This document shows, piece after piece, positions 9,240 to 19,477 of a stretch of DNA of 64,000 nt (position 1 is the stretch's first letter; the number at the start of each line of letters is the position of its first letter). The translations under genes and the position numbers were made by a program. The stretch is from the sequence record SRR20825019_1641. One strand, given 5' to 3'. Under the pieces are notes generated by a model, which was not told the origin of the DNA, made no database searches, and saw only the letters and a list, made by a program, of their open reading frames with translations.

Positions 9240-11093
9240 ATGGCAAGTGACGGGCTGATCAAAATCGGGCCATGGTTACTCAAACCGGATCATCACCTGA
9301 TAACGGATGGAAAGCGCACGCGTAAGCTTGAACCACGTGCTGCCAAAATGCTTCAGTATCTTCATGAGCATCGCGGCAGGGTTATAAGCCGGGACGAGCT
9401 TCTTCAGCAGGTCTGGTCCAAAACGGTTTTGACCGACCATGCCATCTCTGTTGTGGTTGCCAGCCTCCGGCAAGCGCTTGATGACAGTGCTGTCCAACCG
9501 AAATACCTTTCGACAATCAGAAAGCGGGGATATTGCCTACTCGAAGAAACCCCTGAACAGAAATCATCCGAGCACAAATTCGGCACCCCTACTTGGCATC
9601 CCGCCATACCCCGGTTTGCACCACAATTTTCTTATGTCGCTGTGGGTTTAGCGACATTTTGTGTCGCCGTATTTTTCTTCGCCAGCCCCGAAACGGCAAC
9701 ATCAGAACCAAGGACCAACAACCATAAAATTCACCTTCAACCACTAGAGGTGGCCGCAAGCGTCGATGAGGGATATGCACAGGTCATTAAAGACCTTCTG
9801 ATGATGGAACTGTCACGCTATGGCGACGTGGCGGTAAATTTTCGGGCAACGCAGCCCTCGCCCGAACAATCGGAGATTTCAGGTAGCGTTAAGCTCAACA
9901 CGGACAACGCCCTGGGTCTCAATCTCGCCCGTACAGATGGTCATGTGATACGGGAGAGTAACGAGACAGCACCGCTCGGAATTTTGAATGTCTCAGCGAT
10001 GGTGCGCAACAGCGTCGCTGATCTGATGGCCGGCAAAAAGGCTGTGCCAGCATCGTCCAAAGCCGCCTTCAGTGCCCCTATACTACTTGATCGGGCACGA
10101 TATTTCTGGGGGTTTCATCGCGACGACCGCAACCGCATCGCCTACCGGATTGTGAAACAAGTTTTGCAAGAAGACCCTTTAAATGGTGACGCGCATGCGC
10201 TACTCGCGGAATTTTATGCAGCCCTGCCCGGCACCAGTTGGGGGCTGGGTAGTATCGACACGCTCGCACTCGCAGAACAACATATCCAGCGCGCGGCAGA
10301 ACTAGGCACCGACAGCAAATATATCTGGCGCGCAAAAGCCCGCTTATTATCGGAACGGGACCACGATGATAGCCGCGCGATTGAGTATTATATTAAAGCT
10401 CTCAACGCTGACCCTGATGACCACTGGACCTGGCGCAGCATTGCTGTAGCCTATGCGAAAAGCGGCAGGTTCAACCAGGCGCTTGAGGCGCACGATCGGG
10501 CCATTGCCCTATCCCTCGACCCAAGCGGCGCTGAATGGGAAAAAATGACAACCCTCTATTTTGCGCAGCAATTTGATGAGGCCCTGTCGCTATACCGAAA
10601 GCTACACCTGATCGATGGTCGCACGGGTATTCGCACCGCTCTCATCCACTATATGGCCGGGGATCATGTCGGTGCATACGCTCAGTGGCAAACCTACTTC
10701 GACACACGAAGAATGGATGGTACTGCGAGCATATTCAGACACGCAGACGTGAACACTCCCCCTGAGGACATATATAATGCCGCTGCGAATGCGATAACAA
10801 TGGAACAGGGTGAGAGGCTATCATCATACGCGCAGGCCTACATATTGCTGGCTGCGGGGCGGGCCGAAGAAGCAACAGAGATCATTGAAGCGGCTTACCG
10901 GCAAATCGCGCAAAAGGAAGACCCGCGTTATAATCGCTCTGCTGCCTTGATGCGCATTGACCCGTTTTTTGAGAAGCACGCTTTATCAAGGTCAATTGAG
11001 GCGCTTCTATCTGCCGTATCCCTTGGTCCTCAGGGCAAGAGCGTTAGCAACTCTTCTTCCCCCGCGTCCAACATCTCAACCACAATGCCGTAA
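9240..11093 (+). CDS. CadC/ToxR-like membrane-anchored regulator (winged HTH, one TM segment, TPR domain)
   Basis: LEPR...VISRDELLQQVW...LRQALDD...YLSTIRKRGY wHTH, a single hydrophobic segment and TPR-like helical repeats. Confidence 0.87.
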   Translation: MASDGLIKIGPWLLKPDHHLITDGKRTRKLEPRAAKMLQYLHEHRGRVISRDELLQQVWSKTVLTDHAISVVVASLRQALDDSAVQPKYLSTIRKRGYCLLEETPEQKSSEHKFGTPTWHPAIPRFAPQFSYVAVGLATFCVAVFFFASPETATSEPRTNNHKIHLQPLEVAASVDEGYAQVIKDLLMMELSRYGDVAVNFRATQPSPEQSEISGSVKLNTDNALGLNLARTDGHVIRESNETAPLGILNVSAMVRNSVADLMAGKKAVPASSKAAFSAPILLDRARYFWGFHRDDRNRIAYRIVKQVLQEDPLNGDAHALLAEFYAALPGTSWGLGSIDTLALAEQHIQRAAELGTDSKYIWRAKARLLSERDHDDSRAIEYYIKALNADPDDHWTWRSIAVAYAKSGRFNQALEAHDRAIALSLDPSGAEWEKMTTLYFAQQFDEALSLYRKLHLIDGRTGIRTALIHYMAGDHVGAYAQWQTYFDTRRMDGTASIFRHADVNTPPEDIYNAAANAITMEQGERLSSYAQAYILLAAGRAEEATEIIEAAYRQIAQKEDPRYNRSAALMRIDPFFEKHALSRSIEALLSAVSLGPQGKSVSNSSSPASNISTTMP

Positions 11094-11620
11094 GGAAACC
11101 CTGCGCGCATCATTGCGGCGATCTCTTTTTCACGTTTCTCGGCTGGGTCTGGCAGCGCACGGCGAAAAGGGCCAAAACGCCGCCGCCTGATATAAGCCGC
11201 CGCCGCCTGTCGGGTGGCGTCTGGCGTCTCTTCGTCGCCTTCCAGGTTCTCAACTGCGGCAGCCGCTGTGTCTGTATGCACACCTTTGAACCTGAGATCC
11301 TGCAGTATCTGGCGTGGAGGTTTGCCCTTGCGCAACAGGCTGCCCGCTCGCTGGCGCGCGTATGCTTCATCATCCACATAGCCATATTTTACACATTTTT
11401 CGACAACGTCGTTGATCCAGCCAAGCTGTTCATCTGTCGGCGACGCATGCCCTTCGTTCCTGCGGCGAACCTTACGTTCAAGAACCCGGCGCAGATTATC
11501 CTCCGTACTGCTAAAACGCCCCAGATAGTGCAGCGCGGCACGCTCCAGATATCCGGCGCTTACTTTCTTGGGGCCACCATGGTGCTTTTTCAGCGATTTG
11601 TTGTCCGGGTTTTCACTCAC
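11030..11620 (-). CDS. recX: Regulatory protein RecX
   Basis: LERAALHYLGRFSST, GYVDDEAYA, L.KG and RRRRFGPFR, typical of alphaproteobacterial RecX. Confidence 0.9.
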   Translation of the reverse strand: MSENPDNKSLKKHHGGPKKVSAGYLERAALHYLGRFSSTEDNLRRVLERKVRRRNEGHASPTDEQLGWINDVVEKCVKYGYVDDEAYARQRAGSLLRKGKPPRQILQDLRFKGVHTDTAAAAVENLEGDEETPDATRQAAAAYIRRRRFGPFRRALPDPAEKREKEIAAMMRAGFPYGIVVEMLDAGEEELLTLLP

Positions 11621-12813
11621 AGCGCAGACACCGCCCCAATAAAGCGCTCAATCTCATCCTCCGTATTATAATAATGGGGAGAGACACGGACTGTTGTTTC
11701 AACGTTCCTTGCTTCCAGATCCAACCTCGTGTGCATTACGCTTGCCACTTGTACACCAATCCCCTTCGCTTCAAGGGCGGCTTTCACATCCGGCGCCTTC
11801 ATACCCGCCTTGTTAAACGTCACAATCGCCGCGCGCGCATTTGGTGGGCAGGTGCCTGTAACACCAGGCGCTTTATATAGTACCGACCTAAGAGTTGCGG
11901 CGAGCGCCCGCGTACGATTGAAAACACGCCCAGGCCCAATTTCCAAGAGATAATCTATAGCGGCACCAAACGCGAGTTGAGCGCCCACGTTTCGCTCCCA
12001 GTCTTCAAATACACGAGCGTCGTCTCTAAGCTCATAGCGCTCCGCATCCACCCATGCAGCGGCCTGATTGCTTAGCATTGCCGGTTCAAGCGCCCTCCGG
12101 GCTGCGTCCGATATATACATAAAGCCAACGCCGCGCGGGCCGCGCATGAACTTGCGGGACGTGCCGGTGAGGATATCACAACCGATATCATTCACATTAA
12201 CCTGCATCTGCCCTACCGCCTGGCAAGCATCCAGTAAATACAGAACACCACGCCCTCTTGCGATACGTCCCACCTCAGCAACAGGGTTCACCTGCCCGCT
12301 TGATGACGGCACCTGCGCGACTGCGATAAGTTTCGTCTTATCATCGATCAGCCCTTCAAGATGGGCAACATCAAGCTCTCCGTCCTCTCCCGCACGGGCG
12401 ACACGCACCTCGGCGCCACGACGGCGAGCTTGCTGGAGGAAAGCAACATAGTTGCTGCAATATTCATTGAAGGCGGCGACGATATTGTCGCCCGGCGTCA
12501 GTGCAACGCTATAGAAAGCCTTGTTCCATGCATCGACCGCACTGCTGGTGAGCGCATAATTGCTGGCCTTGCCGCCAAGAAGCGCCGCCAGAGAGCTATA
12601 AACCTTCCCGTGCGCGGCAAACTGTTGCTCATGAGCCACATAACCGCCCACTTTTTCCTCAAGGCTGATATGGTCCCGAAGTGCCTTTAACACAGGCTCT
12701 GGCATCAGTGCCGCGCCGCAGTTGTCAAAGTGCAGCCGGTTTGCGGCACCGGGGGTTTCTGCCCGTAATGCCTTGATCTGATTTGAAGTAAATTCCATGT
12801 CTGGCGCTGTCAT
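11617..12813 (-). CDS. PLP-dependent class V aminotransferase (cysteine desulfurase-like)
   Basis: HFDNCGAALMP, DACQAVGQ, TSRKFMRGPRGVG (PLP lysine) and RVSPHYYNT. Confidence 0.88.
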   Translation of the reverse strand: MTAPDMEFTSNQIKALRAETPGAANRLHFDNCGAALMPEPVLKALRDHISLEEKVGGYVAHEQQFAAHGKVYSSLAALLGGKASNYALTSSAVDAWNKAFYSVALTPGDNIVAAFNEYCSNYVAFLQQARRRGAEVRVARAGEDGELDVAHLEGLIDDKTKLIAVAQVPSSSGQVNPVAEVGRIARGRGVLYLLDACQAVGQMQVNVNDIGCDILTGTSRKFMRGPRGVGFMYISDAARRALEPAMLSNQAAAWVDAERYELRDDARVFEDWERNVGAQLAFGAAIDYLLEIGPGRVFNRTRALAATLRSVLYKAPGVTGTCPPNARAAIVTFNKAGMKAPDVKAALEAKGIGVQVASVMHTRLDLEARNVETTVRVSPHYYNTEDEIERFIGAVSAL

Positions 12814-13091
12814 TTTTTAGCCGTAATCCTCACCTACTTAGCTCTGCCGCATGTACCATGGGCCAGAATTAACTTGCGCAGGGCGCTTTCAGAAGGTAAT
12901 TCAGCCCTAATATCCAGGCACACGACCGTTCAAGAGTGAACAGGGTAAAGCTGGTCGAAAGCAAGAGTTTTTTGGCCTGATGTTTGTTGCGGTTTGATGT
13001 GTAAGTATAGAGTTTAGTGATAGCCTCGGCCGTACCAAGGCTTGCTATTGTTGTTTTTGTAGGGTCCGGCTAAAGTGATGCCGGGGCAATT

Positions 13092-14840
13092 ATGGTTGAA
13101 GCCAACGTTATGAAGGTAGAGACACCTACGCAGGATCCGACGCTCGAAAGGCGTTATTCGGATTTTGATACGCTTGTAGATGCGATTGAATATGCAGCCA
13201 AAGGTTTGCGTGGGGCTAACTTTTATAATGCCCGCGGCGATCTTATTGATGCGTTGACATGGGCAGAAGTTCGTGACCGTGCGGAAGTTATTGGCCGCAA
13301 ACTCGTGGCCATGGGCTATGAGGCGGGTGACCGTATCGCCCTTATCGCTGAAACAAGCGCCAATTTCGTATGCTTCTTCGTGGGCTGCCAGTATGCGAGC
13401 GTCCTGCCCGTACCCTTGCCCTTGCCAACCAGTTTTGGTGGCAAAGATGGCTATGTTTCGCAGCTTCAGATGCAAATGCAGAGCTGTGATGCAAACGGCC
13501 TTATGGCTCCGGAATTCATGAATGAGATTATCGCGGAAGCTACAGCGGACATGGATCTGCGTTTCAAAGGCTCATACGATGATTATCTCGCGGTAAAAGG
13601 TGACGGCGGCCTTCGCCTCCCAAAACCTGATGATCTAGCCTATCTGCAGTACAGCTCCGGCAGCACACGCTTCCCGCACGGCGTTGCGGTTACGCACCGG
13701 TCACTCCTGTCCAATACACACGGCATGGGTTTCCACGGTGTTAAGCTTGAAGAACATGACCGCTGTGTCTCCTGGCTTCCGTTTTATCATGACATGGGGC
13801 TTGTTGGCACATTGTTGACCACGCTGACATGTCAGATCTCGGTAGATTTTATCCCGACAGAAGAATTTGCACGCCGTCCGTTGAGCTGGCTACGTGTTAT
13901 CAGCCGTAACAAAGGTACTATCACTTATAGCCCGACATTCGGTTTTGACATTTGTGCCCGCCGCGCGGCACTGCGCTCAAGCGCACTTGAGGACCTTGAC
14001 CTTTCAAGCGTTCGCGTCGCTGGTTGTGGTGCTGAGATGATCCGCCCTGAAGTGCTTAGAAACTTCTTTGAGACCTTCGAGAGCATCGGCTTCAAGTGGG
14101 AAGCTTTCCTGCCAAGCTATGGCCTCGCGGAATGTACTCTTGGTGTAAGCTTTGGCCGCGTTGGTGTTGGCCTTGAGGTTGATCTGATCGAGGAAGCCGC
14201 GCTAACCGGCGACAAACATGTTCTGGTTAACGGCAAAGACGACACACGCGTGCGTGAAGTCGTCAACTGCGGCCGTCCACTTCCTGAATATGATATCGAA
14301 ATACGCGATGAAGAAGATGGCGTGCTGCCTGACCGTCAGGTTGGCAAGGTATTCCTTCGCGGCACATCTGTGATGCGCGAGTATTTCAATGACCCTGAAA
14401 CAACCCGTGCGGTGCTCAGCCCTGAAGGCTGGCTCGATACGGGCGATATGGGTTACATGAAAGATGGCTATATCTATATCGTTGGCCGCGCCAAGGATAT
14501 GATCATTGTCAATGGCCGCAACCACTGGCCACAAGACATTGAGTGGGCCGCAGAGCAGCTTCCTGGTGTTAAAACCGGCGATGTTGCCGCGATTTCAGTG
14601 CCCGGTGAAAATGCCGAAGAAGTTCCGATGATTTTGGCTCAGTGCCGCTATTCTGAGCAGGCTGAGCGCATGAAGTTCATCGAAGAACTGAAGCGCCACA
14701 TCCAGAAAGCTACCGGCATCAACTGCATGATCGAGCTTGTGCCACCACGGTCACTGCCTCGCACATCGTCTGGTAAACTGAGCCGGGTTAAAGCGCGTAA
14801 TCAATATCTTTCCGGAAACCTGCAGGCGCTTGCAAGCTAG
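13092..14840 (+). CDS. Fatty acyl-AMP ligase / acyl-ACP synthetase of the sphingolipid locus
   Basis: YLQYSSGSTRFPHG, WLPFYHDMGLVG, YGLAE, DTGDMG and RTSSGKL; lies next to ACP and spt. Confidence 0.92.
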   Translation: MVEANVMKVETPTQDPTLERRYSDFDTLVDAIEYAAKGLRGANFYNARGDLIDALTWAEVRDRAEVIGRKLVAMGYEAGDRIALIAETSANFVCFFVGCQYASVLPVPLPLPTSFGGKDGYVSQLQMQMQSCDANGLMAPEFMNEIIAEATADMDLRFKGSYDDYLAVKGDGGLRLPKPDDLAYLQYSSGSTRFPHGVAVTHRSLLSNTHGMGFHGVKLEEHDRCVSWLPFYHDMGLVGTLLTTLTCQISVDFIPTEEFARRPLSWLRVISRNKGTITYSPTFGFDICARRAALRSSALEDLDLSSVRVAGCGAEMIRPEVLRNFFETFESIGFKWEAFLPSYGLAECTLGVSFGRVGVGLEVDLIEEAALTGDKHVLVNGKDDTRVREVVNCGRPLPEYDIEIRDEEDGVLPDRQVGKVFLRGTSVMREYFNDPETTRAVLSPEGWLDTGDMGYMKDGYIYIVGRAKDMIIVNGRNHWPQDIEWAAEQLPGVKTGDVAAISVPGENAEEVPMILAQCRYSEQAERMKFIEELKRHIQKATGINCMIELVPPRSLPRTSSGKLSRVKARNQYLSGNLQALAS

Positions 14841-14852
14841 GCAACATTTCGC

Positions 14853-15806
14853 ATGACGAAAACAACTGGCACACAGCCTGCCAAACCCGTCGTTGCTCTT
14901 ACCGGCGCAACGGGTTTCCTTGGCGATCACACCATCAACGCCTTTCTGGACGCTGGTTACACCGTCAACGCGCTCACCCGTCGTGAGCAGCATGAACGAG
15001 ACGGTGTTACATGGGTGCGCGGCGACCTCACAAATAACGAGGCACTCGCGGCACTATGCTCGGGTGCCGATGTCCTTGTTCATATGGCAGCGCTGACCAA
15101 AGCGCTCAATCGCGACATCTTTTTTGACGTTAACGTGGGCGGCACCAAGCAAGTGTTGCGGGCTGCGGCCGATGCTGGCGTAAACAGGGTGGTCCATGTT
15201 TCTTCACTGGCCGCGCGCGAACCGCAGCTCAGCCACTATGGCGCCAGCAAAGCAGCGTCAGAGCTGTTACTCACCGCACGTGACTGGCCGTTCAGCTGGA
15301 CCATTGTGCGCCCTCCTGCCATCTACGGCCCTGGCGACAAAGAGATACTGAAGCTTCTAAAGGCGTTGAATTTTGGTCTTCTGCCTGCGCCGGGCGGCAA
15401 AAATAACCGCTTTGCCATGATCCACGGCGCTGACATGGCGTCCGCGCTGGTTGCTTTTGCCAAAGGCGGCAATGAAAAAGCGATTGCCGAAATCGACGAC
15501 CGCAAATCGGGTGGTTATACGCTCAAGGACGTCGCGCAAGCGGTTGGTGGTGAGAAAAAACCACCCTTCATTCTTCCCGTTCCTTTTGCCCTCCTCGGTC
15601 TCATTGGTGCGGTCAACGGTATCGTTGCCAATATTATCCGTAAGCCCGCCATGTTAACGCTGTCATCGGCAAGATATCTATGCCACAAGGACTGGACGGT
15701 CAGAGCTTCCAGACGACCACAGCTTACCGACTGGGCGCCACATTTTGACCTCAAAGCAGGTTTAGGTGACACCATCGAATGGTATCGAAAAAACGGGCTT
15801 TTATGA
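14853..15806 (+). CDS. cerR: NAD(P)-dependent epimerase/SDR, probable ceramide reductase
   Basis: TGATGFLG, VSSLAA and YGASK; its position between the acyl-AMP ligase and ACP-spt matches Caulobacter cerR. Confidence 0.75.
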   Translation: MTKTTGTQPAKPVVALTGATGFLGDHTINAFLDAGYTVNALTRREQHERDGVTWVRGDLTNNEALAALCSGADVLVHMAALTKALNRDIFFDVNVGGTKQVLRAAADAGVNRVVHVSSLAAREPQLSHYGASKAASELLLTARDWPFSWTIVRPPAIYGPGDKEILKLLKALNFGLLPAPGGKNNRFAMIHGADMASALVAFAKGGNEKAIAEIDDRKSGGYTLKDVAQAVGGEKKPPFILPVPFALLGLIGAVNGIVANIIRKPAMLTLSSARYLCHKDWTVRASRRPQLTDWAPHFDLKAGLGDTIEWYRKNGLL

Positions 15807-15875
15807 TTGCTTGCACCCCGATATAAGTCGGGTATGCAGTTGTTTAGAAATTCATATCGCAGATAGGCAAGTACG

Positions 15876-16121
15876 ATGGCTAACCCGCAAATCATTGAAA
15901 AGATTTACGAAATGATCTCCCCCCTCAACAAAAAGGGGATTGAACTTACGCCTGACGTAACCTTCGCCAGTGACTTGGAACTTGATTCCCTGACGGTGAT
16001 GGACCTTGTTGCCGATATTGAAGATGAGTTCGACATTGTGCTGCCGCTCAATCTTTTGCCAGACCTTGAGACCATTCAACAAGTTGCTGATGCCGTTGAA
16101 AAAATCCTGAACGAAGGCTAA
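15876..16121 (+). CDS. Acyl carrier protein dedicated to Spt
   Basis: DLELDSLTVMD phosphopantetheine motif; immediately upstream of spt. Confidence 0.93.
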   Translation: MANPQIIEKIYEMISPLNKKGIELTPDVTFASDLELDSLTVMDLVADIEDEFDIVLPLNLLPDLETIQQVADAVEKILNEG

Positions 16122-16127
16122 GAGACC

Positions 16128-17330
16128 GTGGATCTTCTCGATAAGTTTGACCAAATCGTCGCCTTGCGCGAATCCCTACCCTTTAAAGAAGCTGATCCCT
16201 TTAAAGTGGTGATGGAAGAAATTATTTCCGAAACCGAAGCAGTTATTGGTGGCCGCAGGACCATTCTTGCAGGTACCAACAACTATATGGGCATGACCTT
16301 CAACCAAGAAGCCGTTGAAGCCGCTAAAGAAGCCATCGACAAATTTGGCACTGGCACCACGGGTTCTCGGGTCCTGAACGGTACATATGGTGGCCACAAG
16401 GCACTTGAAGCCACAATCGCTGACTTTTACGGCATGGAACACTGCATGGTGTTCTCCACCGGGTATCAAGCCAATCTCGGCATGATTTCGGCTCTGGGCG
16501 GCAAGGATGATTTTGTTATAATCGACGCCGACAGCCATGCCTCGATTTATGATGGCTGCTCCATGGGCAATGCCACAATCGTGCGCTTCAAACATAATGA
16601 CGTGGATAACATGGAACGCCGCCTCAAACGCCTGCCTGCTGATGCAGGCAAGCTTATCGTGGTAGAAGGCATCTATTCCATGCTTGGTGACGCAGCCCCT
16701 CTCAAGGAACTCCTTGAAGTTGCGAAGAAATACGGCTGCATGACACTGGTAGACGAAGCTCACTCCATGGGGTTCTGTGGCGAGAATGGCCGCGGTGTTG
16801 CGGAAGAACTTGGTGTTGAACACCTCGTTGACTTTTACGTCGGCACTTTCTCGAAATCCGTTGGCACAGTCGGTGGTTTCGCGGTTTCAAACCATCCAAA
16901 ATTCGATGTGCTGCGCTTTGTAAGTCGCCCGTACATTTTCACAGCAAGCTTGCCACCAAGCGTGGTTGCGTCTGCGACAAAGTCAATTGAGGCGATCAAA
17001 CGCAGTGGCAACCGCCGCGCGCACCTTTGGGAAAACGCGCGCAGGCTACACGCTGGTCTCAAGAAAGCGGGCTTCGACCTCGCGACACCAGAAGCACAGA
17101 GCCCTATTATTGCCGTACACCTGCCCGACCCAATGGTCGGCACCCGGTTCTGGGAGACCTTGTTGCTTGAAGGTGTATATGCCAACATGGCTGCACCACC
17201 TGCAACACCATCCGGCATGTTCTTGATGCGCGTGAGTGTATGTGCCCAGCACAGCACAGAGCAGATCGACGAGATTATTGCTCGTTTCTGCCGCACAGCA
17301 GAGAAGATCGGGCTCGAGCTTAAGCCCTAA
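16128..17330 (+). CDS. spt: Serine palmitoyltransferase
   Basis: Alpha-oxoamine synthase motifs GTNNYMG, GSRVLNGT, DADSHASI, DEAHS and the SPT-type GTFSKS; ACP adjacent. Confidence 0.9.
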   Translation: MDLLDKFDQIVALRESLPFKEADPFKVVMEEIISETEAVIGGRRTILAGTNNYMGMTFNQEAVEAAKEAIDKFGTGTTGSRVLNGTYGGHKALEATIADFYGMEHCMVFSTGYQANLGMISALGGKDDFVIIDADSHASIYDGCSMGNATIVRFKHNDVDNMERRLKRLPADAGKLIVVEGIYSMLGDAAPLKELLEVAKKYGCMTLVDEAHSMGFCGENGRGVAEELGVEHLVDFYVGTFSKSVGTVGGFAVSNHPKFDVLRFVSRPYIFTASLPPSVVASATKSIEAIKRSGNRRAHLWENARRLHAGLKKAGFDLATPEAQSPIIAVHLPDPMVGTRFWETLLLEGVYANMAAPPATPSGMFLMRVSVCAQHSTEQIDEIIARFCRTAEKIGLELKP

Positions 17331-17362
17331 ACCTACCCGACCGACTGACGACCTGAAATATT

Positions 17363-17386
17363 AAAGGCGCCGATTGGCGCCTTTTT
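17363..17386. terminator. Bidirectional intrinsic terminator
   Basis: AAAGGCGCC-GATT-GGCGCCTTTTT between convergent genes. Confidence 0.8.
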
Positions 17387-17392
17387 GTTTAT

Positions 17393-18334
17393 CTATTTGA
17401 ATGCGCCTTTGCGCTTGAGGCCCCAGAACATCCGGATACCGGAAAGCACAGGCCTGCGCCGCATGCGGTCGGTAATCTCAACCTCAACGCCTGAGTGACG
17501 TTTGATCTTCCATGCCAGGTAGTCAATACCGCCATCAAAGGTCACCGATGCCTTCACGAGACGCAAGAAGCTGACAGCTTTTCCGTTCCAGCGCCGTGCC
17601 CACCAGCGAAGACGCGGCACGAGCCGTTCCGTTCTCGGTGGTTGTTTGAGTGGAGGCATCGGATCAGGAATGACCTCAAGGACCTCTTCCACGAGCGCTG
17701 TCAGCGCATCATAGCGGTCTTGATCCAGCAGGTAGATCTCCAGCCCTTTGCCTTTGCGCTCAGAGCGAAGTTCCGCGGAATAGGTCTGCTCAAACGCGCC
17801 GACCCATAGGTCCCGCGATTCTTTCGCTCCCGGAACAAGATCAAGATAGTTGCCGAGCATTGTCTTGACCGCCTGGCCAATGTCAGAGGCAATTGAAATC
17901 TTGGTTTCATCGTTTTTAGGCAACAACAACATGCAAGGCTGGCAGAACCGCGCCCAAACAGACACATTCAAGCACTCCGGTCGCACCCGGAACGCCAGGT
18001 CCGGCCGTGACAGGACCGCGTACTTAGAGCGCACTGTGATGCCGTTCACTTCTGTTTCATGGTAAAAAACGTTGGGCGGCAAAATCTGGTTTGCGATCGC
18101 AAGCCAACGCTTTGAATAAGCTTTGCTGTAGCTATCCACGATCACATAGAAATCGAGGATTTTCTCTTCGATCTCACCTGTGCGCAGGCACGAGCCATAA
18201 AACAATATACCTGAAACAGCGCCGTTGAACTGCCGCGCTATCTCGGTTGCTGCAACAGTCACTTCTTCAGGTACTGTGCGGCGCCATTCCTGAAGGATAA
18301 AATCTTGTATCTCTTTATTCGGATCAGCGGCCAT
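17393..18334 (-). CDS. Tam41/Mmp37-like nucleotidyltransferase, probable ceramide-phosphate cytidylyltransferase (CpgC-like)
   Basis: ILFYGS...LDFYVIVD nucleotidyltransferase signature and LPPNVFY; convergent with spt as in Caulobacter. Confidence 0.7.
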   Translation of the reverse strand: MAADPNKEIQDFILQEWRRTVPEEVTVAATEIARQFNGAVSGILFYGSCLRTGEIEEKILDFYVIVDSYSKAYSKRWLAIANQILPPNVFYHETEVNGITVRSKYAVLSRPDLAFRVRPECLNVSVWARFCQPCMLLLPKNDETKISIASDIGQAVKTMLGNYLDLVPGAKESRDLWVGAFEQTYSAELRSERKGKGLEIYLLDQDRYDALTALVEEVLEVIPDPMPPLKQPPRTERLVPRLRWWARRWNGKAVSFLRLVKASVTFDGGIDYLAWKIKRHSGVEVEITDRMRRRPVLSGIRMFWGLKRKGAFK

Positions 18335-18340
18335 GTTGCC

Positions 18341-19405
18341 CTACCTTAACGACACAAAAGTCAATGTTCGATCACCCTTTAGCGTAATCGGCTTCCCGGG
18401 CACAGGATAATATATTTCACCATCAAGTGTTACAGGGTCGCTACCCTCAACACGAATTTCGTTGGCGCGACGTGTGTGCACACCATCAATAGTCTTTTTG
18501 CCGTACGCGCCTGTCAGAAGGCCGCGAATAGCGCGAAACACTTTGCCGCCACCAGACTCCACAGCCGAAAACCGCAAACCACCAGTACCTTCTTTGCCAT
18601 ATGGTTTCATACGCAACAATAGGCGGTCAAGGGTCGTCGTCATCACAGCTGCAAACTGCCCGACCATACGGCCACTACCAGGTACGGTAATGGTCATCGG
18701 GTCTGAAACCATCAGCGTTTTGTCTTTACCGATGCCAAAAGCGGAAAGAATAAGCGTACCGATCGCCACCGCGTGTGCCAGCCCATTTGGCAGACCAGCA
18801 TTATAAGCGTTTTCGCGGCACCACTCAATTCCCTTTACCACACCTGCCGTACCAAAGAAGGTGCCAACACGAAGCGGCTTGCCGTCGCCGAGGTCCATCT
18901 CAATCAGATGTTTGCGGGTCAGCCGTTCTGGCAGCATACCAGCATTTGTCAGGTTAATCAGGTTCCTGAGAACTTTTTCCGGGCGTCCTTTAAAGCCAAG
19001 GTCAGCTGCTGTCATGTTGGTCTTGCCACCGGGAAGATAAGCTATCGGGGGCGTCACGCCGAAAGGATTGCGATGCAACAGATCGGCGAGAACTGCACCA
19101 ATGGTGCCGTCTCCGCCATTAACCACCAAAAGTGCCGGGTTCGCGCGCGCAAATAGCTTCAGCGCATCCTGAATGGAATCGATACCATCCAGCTCGTAAT
19201 GGACAACGTTCGGACTCTCATCAACTACCCTGCGCACCGCATCAATGCGGGCAGCATTGGTTGTGCTTTTCGGGTTTGAGATAATCGCCACCAACGGCAC
19301 CATCGCGCCAGCTGTTATATTTTCCCGATCTACGTTCACGAGAACGGATGCTCCATACAAAAAACAGTCGAGGCGCATCAATGCCTCGACGGATTCCAAT
19401 TCCAT
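18341..19405 (-). CDS. Diacylglycerol/sphingosine kinase family, probable ceramide kinase (CpgB-like); true start probably 19339 or 19303
   Basis: IISNPKS, NGGDGT, LPGGKTNM and TLDGE motifs; sphingolipid gene context. Confidence 0.82.
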   Translation of the reverse strand: MELESVEALMRLDCFLYGASVLVNVDRENITAGAMVPLVAIISNPKSTTNAARIDAVRRVVDESPNVVHYELDGIDSIQDALKLFARANPALLVVNGGDGTIGAVLADLLHRNPFGVTPPIAYLPGGKTNMTAADLGFKGRPEKVLRNLINLTNAGMLPERLTRKHLIEMDLGDGKPLRVGTFFGTAGVVKGIEWCRENAYNAGLPNGLAHAVAIGTLILSAFGIGKDKTLMVSDPMTITVPGSGRMVGQFAAVMTTTLDRLLLRMKPYGKEGTGGLRFSAVESGGGKVFRAIRGLLTGAYGKKTIDGVHTRRANEIRVEGSDPVTLDGEIYYPVPGKPITLKGDRTLTFVSLR

Positions 19406-19477
19406 GCGCCACCGATGCGGCTGTTGCGCTGGGTTATAACCCCAAACGCATATTTTAGCAAATCTGTAACAAACCCG

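Noticed and set aside
11617-12813. Sphingosine-1-phosphate lyase assignment for the PLP enzyme
   Set aside because: S1P lyases belong to the group II decarboxylase-like family, whereas the motifs here are class V.
16128-17330. BioF, Kbl or HemA assignment
   Set aside because: The GTFSKS motif and the ACP, reductase, kinase and GNAT context favour Spt; no bio or tdh genes are adjacent.
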